Shown here: piece after piece, positions 60,447 through 64,000 of the stretch
How the letters are laid out: each line of letters opens with the position of its first letter
How positions within the stretch are numbered: position 1 is the stretch's first letter
Origin: Phaeosaccion multiseriatum
Lineage: Eukaryota; Protista; Ochrophyta, other classes
Length of the DNA stretch: 64,000 bases
Direction: 5' to 3'
Assembly (NCBI GenBank): GCA_965112735.1
Contig: OZ218956.1
Span: 2,542,001 to 2,606,000 of the forward strand
Made by a program: the position numbers and the translations under genes
The notes under the pieces: generated by a model
What the model was told of the DNA's origin: nothing
The model's input: the letters and a program-made list of their open reading frames with translations, nothing else
Databases searched by the model: none

Positions 60447-63296
60447 CTAGCCGCCCGCCATGAGCATCTTGAGGGTCTTCTTGTCGGGTTCGTTGCCTGC
60501 GTTGTGTCGCTTATACTCCTCAATCACCCTTCGCTGGTGCAAGCCCATCTGCATCTTTTGCCACGCCTTCTCCCCTGTTGAGAAGTAAGGAAGCATAAGG
60601 GACACACGGCAGGACAGCCAGGACAAGTTGCTGCAGTCAGTCCCTGAGTACCCTCGAGAGCGTGTGTATGCGTGTGTGTGTGTGCGCGTGTGTGTGTGCG
60701 CGTGTGTGTGTGCGCGTGTGTGTGCGTGTGTGTGTGCACGCGTGTGTGTGCGTGTGTGTGTGCTTGCGTGTGTGTATGTGTGTGTGTGATCTCTTTTCCT
60801 AGAGAGATATCCTTCCTTCCTTCCTTCCGTCCGTCCGTCCGTCCCTCCCTCCCTCCCTCCCTCCCTCCCTCCCCTGACCTAAGCAGTGCCGTTGCATGTT
60901 GTCCTGCAGCTGATAGGCGGGGAAGAGCAGCAGAGGGTAGTGCTTATCCAAGCTGCGAAACTCGTTAAAGTCAATGAGTCCGTCTGAGTTCACGTCGAAC
61001 TCATCCAAGGCCTTGCTGAAGTTCCCTGGGAAGAGCGGCGATCCGTTGTTCACCTCCTTGCACAGCATGTCGAACTCAATCTCATCGATGGAGCCGCTCC
61101 CGTCACCGTCGTACTTGTCAAACACGACTTTTTGTTTACCATTTCGCAGGAACAAAGCAGAACAGAGCAACAGTATAGGGGCAAAGAGCAAAGCAGAGCA
61201 GAGAGGGAAAGAGAGAGGGAGAGAGAGAGAGAGAGAGAGGGAGAGAAAGACCAAGAACGGGAGAGAGAGAGGGGGAGGGAGAGGGAGAGAGAGAGGGATG
61301 GAGAGAAAGACCGACAGCGGGAGAGTGAGGCCGTGCGTACGGACCCGTGCATACGTACGAAGTAACGCTGTAACATGTTCCGCCGGGAGGGTACGTAAGG
61401 TTACGAAACGTTACGGAACGTTACGTACATCTGAGGATCTCGTCTTTGTGGAACATGCAGTACTTGCACACGACACGTAAGAGCTCTGAGAAGTTCATGT
61501 GCCCGTCGGGGTCTGCGAGTCGTCCATCCACCCAACCAGAGAGGGAGAGCACAAGAGACCCAGTAGGGGAGGGGTAGGACGGTTAGAGAGGAGGGGGGGA
61601 AAGGAGGGAAAGAAAAGTGGGTAGTACGGTCCGGACGAGCGGTGAGAGAGGGAGAGGTGAGAGGGAGGGAGGGAGATAAAGGGGGAACTGAACAGACAGA
61701 GACGGAAACAGAGTAAAGGATGGAGAGAGAGAGGGAGAGAGAGAGAGAAGGAGACAGAGGGAGAAGGTGAAAGAAGAGAGTAGCGAAAGATGCGAGAGAG
61801 AATGGCAAGGCAAGACCTCAAAGCCGAGAAAGAGTCGCAGTAGTCAGGCACTTGAGGAGCCAGACTTGGTTTGGGAAAGAAGAGTAGTCATCGATATCCT
61901 CTTCCCCGCTTAGAGACGTAAGCAAACAACGCACCGACGCCCATGGTGGAAAAGATGTGGTTCGAGAAGGGGGACCGCTCAATGTCGATAAACTCGAGAA
62001 ATTCTGAGCAGTCGATGGCTCCGGCATTGTCAATATCGATTTCGACGAAGATGTTTCGAAGTTTCTCGCGATTTGAATCACTCACTGCAGCAGAGGAGGG
62101 GCCGAGGAGGAGGAGGAGGAGGAGGAGGAGGAGGAGGAGGAGGAGGAGGAGGAGGAGGAGGAGGAGGAGGAGGAGGAGGAGGAGGAGGAGGAGGAGGAGG
62201 AGGAGGAGGAGGAGGAGGAGGAGGAGGAGGAGGAGGAGGAGGAGGAGGAGGAGGAGGAGGAGGAGGAGGAGGAGGAGGAGGAGGAGGAGGAGGAGGAGGA
62301 GGAGGAGGAGGAGGAGGAGGAGGAGGAGGAGGAGGAGGAGGAGGAGGAGGAGGAGGAGGAGGAGGAGGAGGAGGAGGAGGAGGAGGAAGAGGCGGCGGGT
62401 GGGCGGGTGGGCGGGTGGGGGAGCAAAGGATGGAGGCGGAGAAGAAGTAAGAACGGGGGGGGGGCAGTGGGGGTAGACAAGCGGATTAAGGAGATGGAGA
62501 GAGGTGAACAGAGAGAGAGAGTAGGAGAGAGGGAGAGAAAGTGAGAACCGCCGGAGGGGCCGGGCTGGACGAGAGGGAAGGGGAAAGAGCAAGTGTAGCA
62601 AGCATCAGCGCGGATCGTGGTGGGTGGGTGAGGTAGGGTCTTGACTACCTACAACTCACTTTGGAGCATGGCAACAACTTCCTTCGCCTCCGCGGACAGG
62701 GTGCTCTCGCCAACCGACAGCACTTTGTGAAACAGTCTCCGCAGCATCTTCACGAACGGACTCTGCTTGGAGCTCTTTAGGGCCGCCTTTTTCTTCTGCA
62801 AGTTCTCTTCGGAGGTAACCCTCTGCAGCACGTCTCGCTTCACCAGGCCCGTCGAAGGGTCTCGCTTGAGCGCCCCCGATCTCGCGCCTGGTACCCTGTT
62901 GGCAGTCGCCGCCCTCTGCATCTGTGGCTTGGCGCTGCTGGCGATGCCCTCGTTATTGTCCTTTTTCGACAACTGTCGCTTAAGACTCCCCGATATTGTT
63001 CTTCCCACCCCTTGAATGGCGGAAGAAGCCGTCGCGCCCTTTCCCGTGTCCTTCAAAGCTCCTTTTGGTAATGGTTTGCTCTGTTGCTCTACGGGTATCA
63101 CCTTGGCACCACCGCCCCCCGTCTTTGAATGCTTGCGCCCATCCTTCTGCCCATGTCCGCTCCCATGTCCATGTCCATGTCCATGTCCATGTCCATGGCC
63201 GTGGCCGTGGCCATGTGCACTGTGATGGGCACTCTGTCCATGAGTATCCTGTTTGCTCAGCTTGGTTGTCCGGGCGGCGTGGGTAGTCGGGGCCAT
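60447..63296 (-). CDS. EF-hand calcium-binding protein with a His-Gly repeat in a long basic N-terminus
   Basis: 5 in-frame exons. EF loops: [24 protein letters not shown] (degenerate), [26 protein letters not shown], followed by [12 protein letters not shown]. Confidence 0.9.
62104..62386. repeat. Pure (GGA)n tract, about 283 bp; (CCT)n just before the acceptor of an EF-hand intron
   Basis: Read directly. Confidence 0.95.
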
Positions 63297-64000
63297 GGCT
63301 CTCTACGCCCTGCTATAGGTGAGATTTACCAGCCCCTCCTTGGTCCTCTCCCCTTTTGCAACACCCTTCTTTCAAGGCTACAAAGCCCCGCGAAGCTCCT
63401 CCAAAGCGGAATCGCACAATCCATTTGGTGGAAGCCAGATCAAAGACAACGCATGTCTTCAAGAGATCTTCACTACCAAATGACTCAGCCACACCATCTT
63501 TCAGAGTGTCCAGCTCTCGCCAGAATTCCCGGTCGCCCCTCCCTCCCTGTCCCTCGCTGTCGTTTATCTATATTTCGCCCCTCCTTTGCGTGTGGCCTCG
63601 GCCCCTCTAATCAGTTCGCTGCAGGGAAGAAGACCCTTTCCCACTTGTCACTTGGATGACGCCTCCGTGCTTGTCACTCGAGCTGTGTTTGTCGTGGCAA
63701 GCCAAGTCGATACAATCGGCGTGGCGTTACAATTCAAGTGCGTGCGATTGGATTGTTAAAAGGGTCGTTGGGTTTTGAGGGTTTTGAGCGGGAGCACAAA
63801 ATCGACGGCAAGGATGGTGGAGTGCTCCCGCCACCGCGAGCGGGGCGGAGCTGTAGCGGAAGGCGTTTGGACGTGCAGCAGCTGCGATAGCAGCAATAGC
63901 GCTGGCCGCTTCCAGTGCATCAAATGCTTCCTGCCGCGGCCGCGGCAAGCAGCACCTGATTCAGATTTGGGCGATTTGGAAGATCCATGTGATGAGCGGG

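Noticed and set aside
63727-63948. 73-aa minus-strand ORF at the window edge
   Set aside because: No recognisable motif. It may be the end of a gene outside the window but cannot be supported here.

Overview
This is eukaryotic nuclear DNA. It is GC-rich, gene-dense, intron-rich and saturated with microsatellites, and it uses the standard genetic code with GT-AG introns plus one clear GC-AG. The gene content is most consistent with a stramenopile (ochrophyte-like) alga, which is an inference. About 16 protein genes can be reconstructed by hand-splicing, most in head-to-head pairs: a membrane protein with two Sld2/RECQL4-N/FAM13-like motifs (5' truncated), an RCC1-repeat mucin-stalk surface protein, an unknown protein, an ankyrin protein, a 7TM-RGS, eIF3L, a frameshifted PPR(-SMR-like) gene, ATG4, a ubiquitin-like protein, WDR61/SKI8, a 21-exon SCP2-FYVE-TM-ABC1 kinase-beta-lactamase-fold fusion, an EngB-type GTPase, a TM-PH protein, a CDC48/AFG2-like AAA+ ATPase, cyclin B and an EF-hand protein. 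Most ORF-track entries are artefacts of simple repeats. The main unexplained signals are: (1) a dispersed 11-bp motif GTTGGTGATAC, usually set in CAG runs, found exactly 10 times on both strands in introns, non-coding DNA and several reading frames of one CDS; (2) the five-module lipid-binding/kinase/hydrolase fusion; (3) introns with complementary purine-rich 5' and pyrimidine- or AC-rich 3' microsatellites; (4) a 29-bp tandem repeat that makes all three frames of the ATG4 3' end finish in a LIR motif; (5) a 5-nt micro-exon; and (6) a natural Walker-B E-to-Q in the AAA ATPase. I found no tRNA, rRNA, CRISPR array or recognisable transposase.
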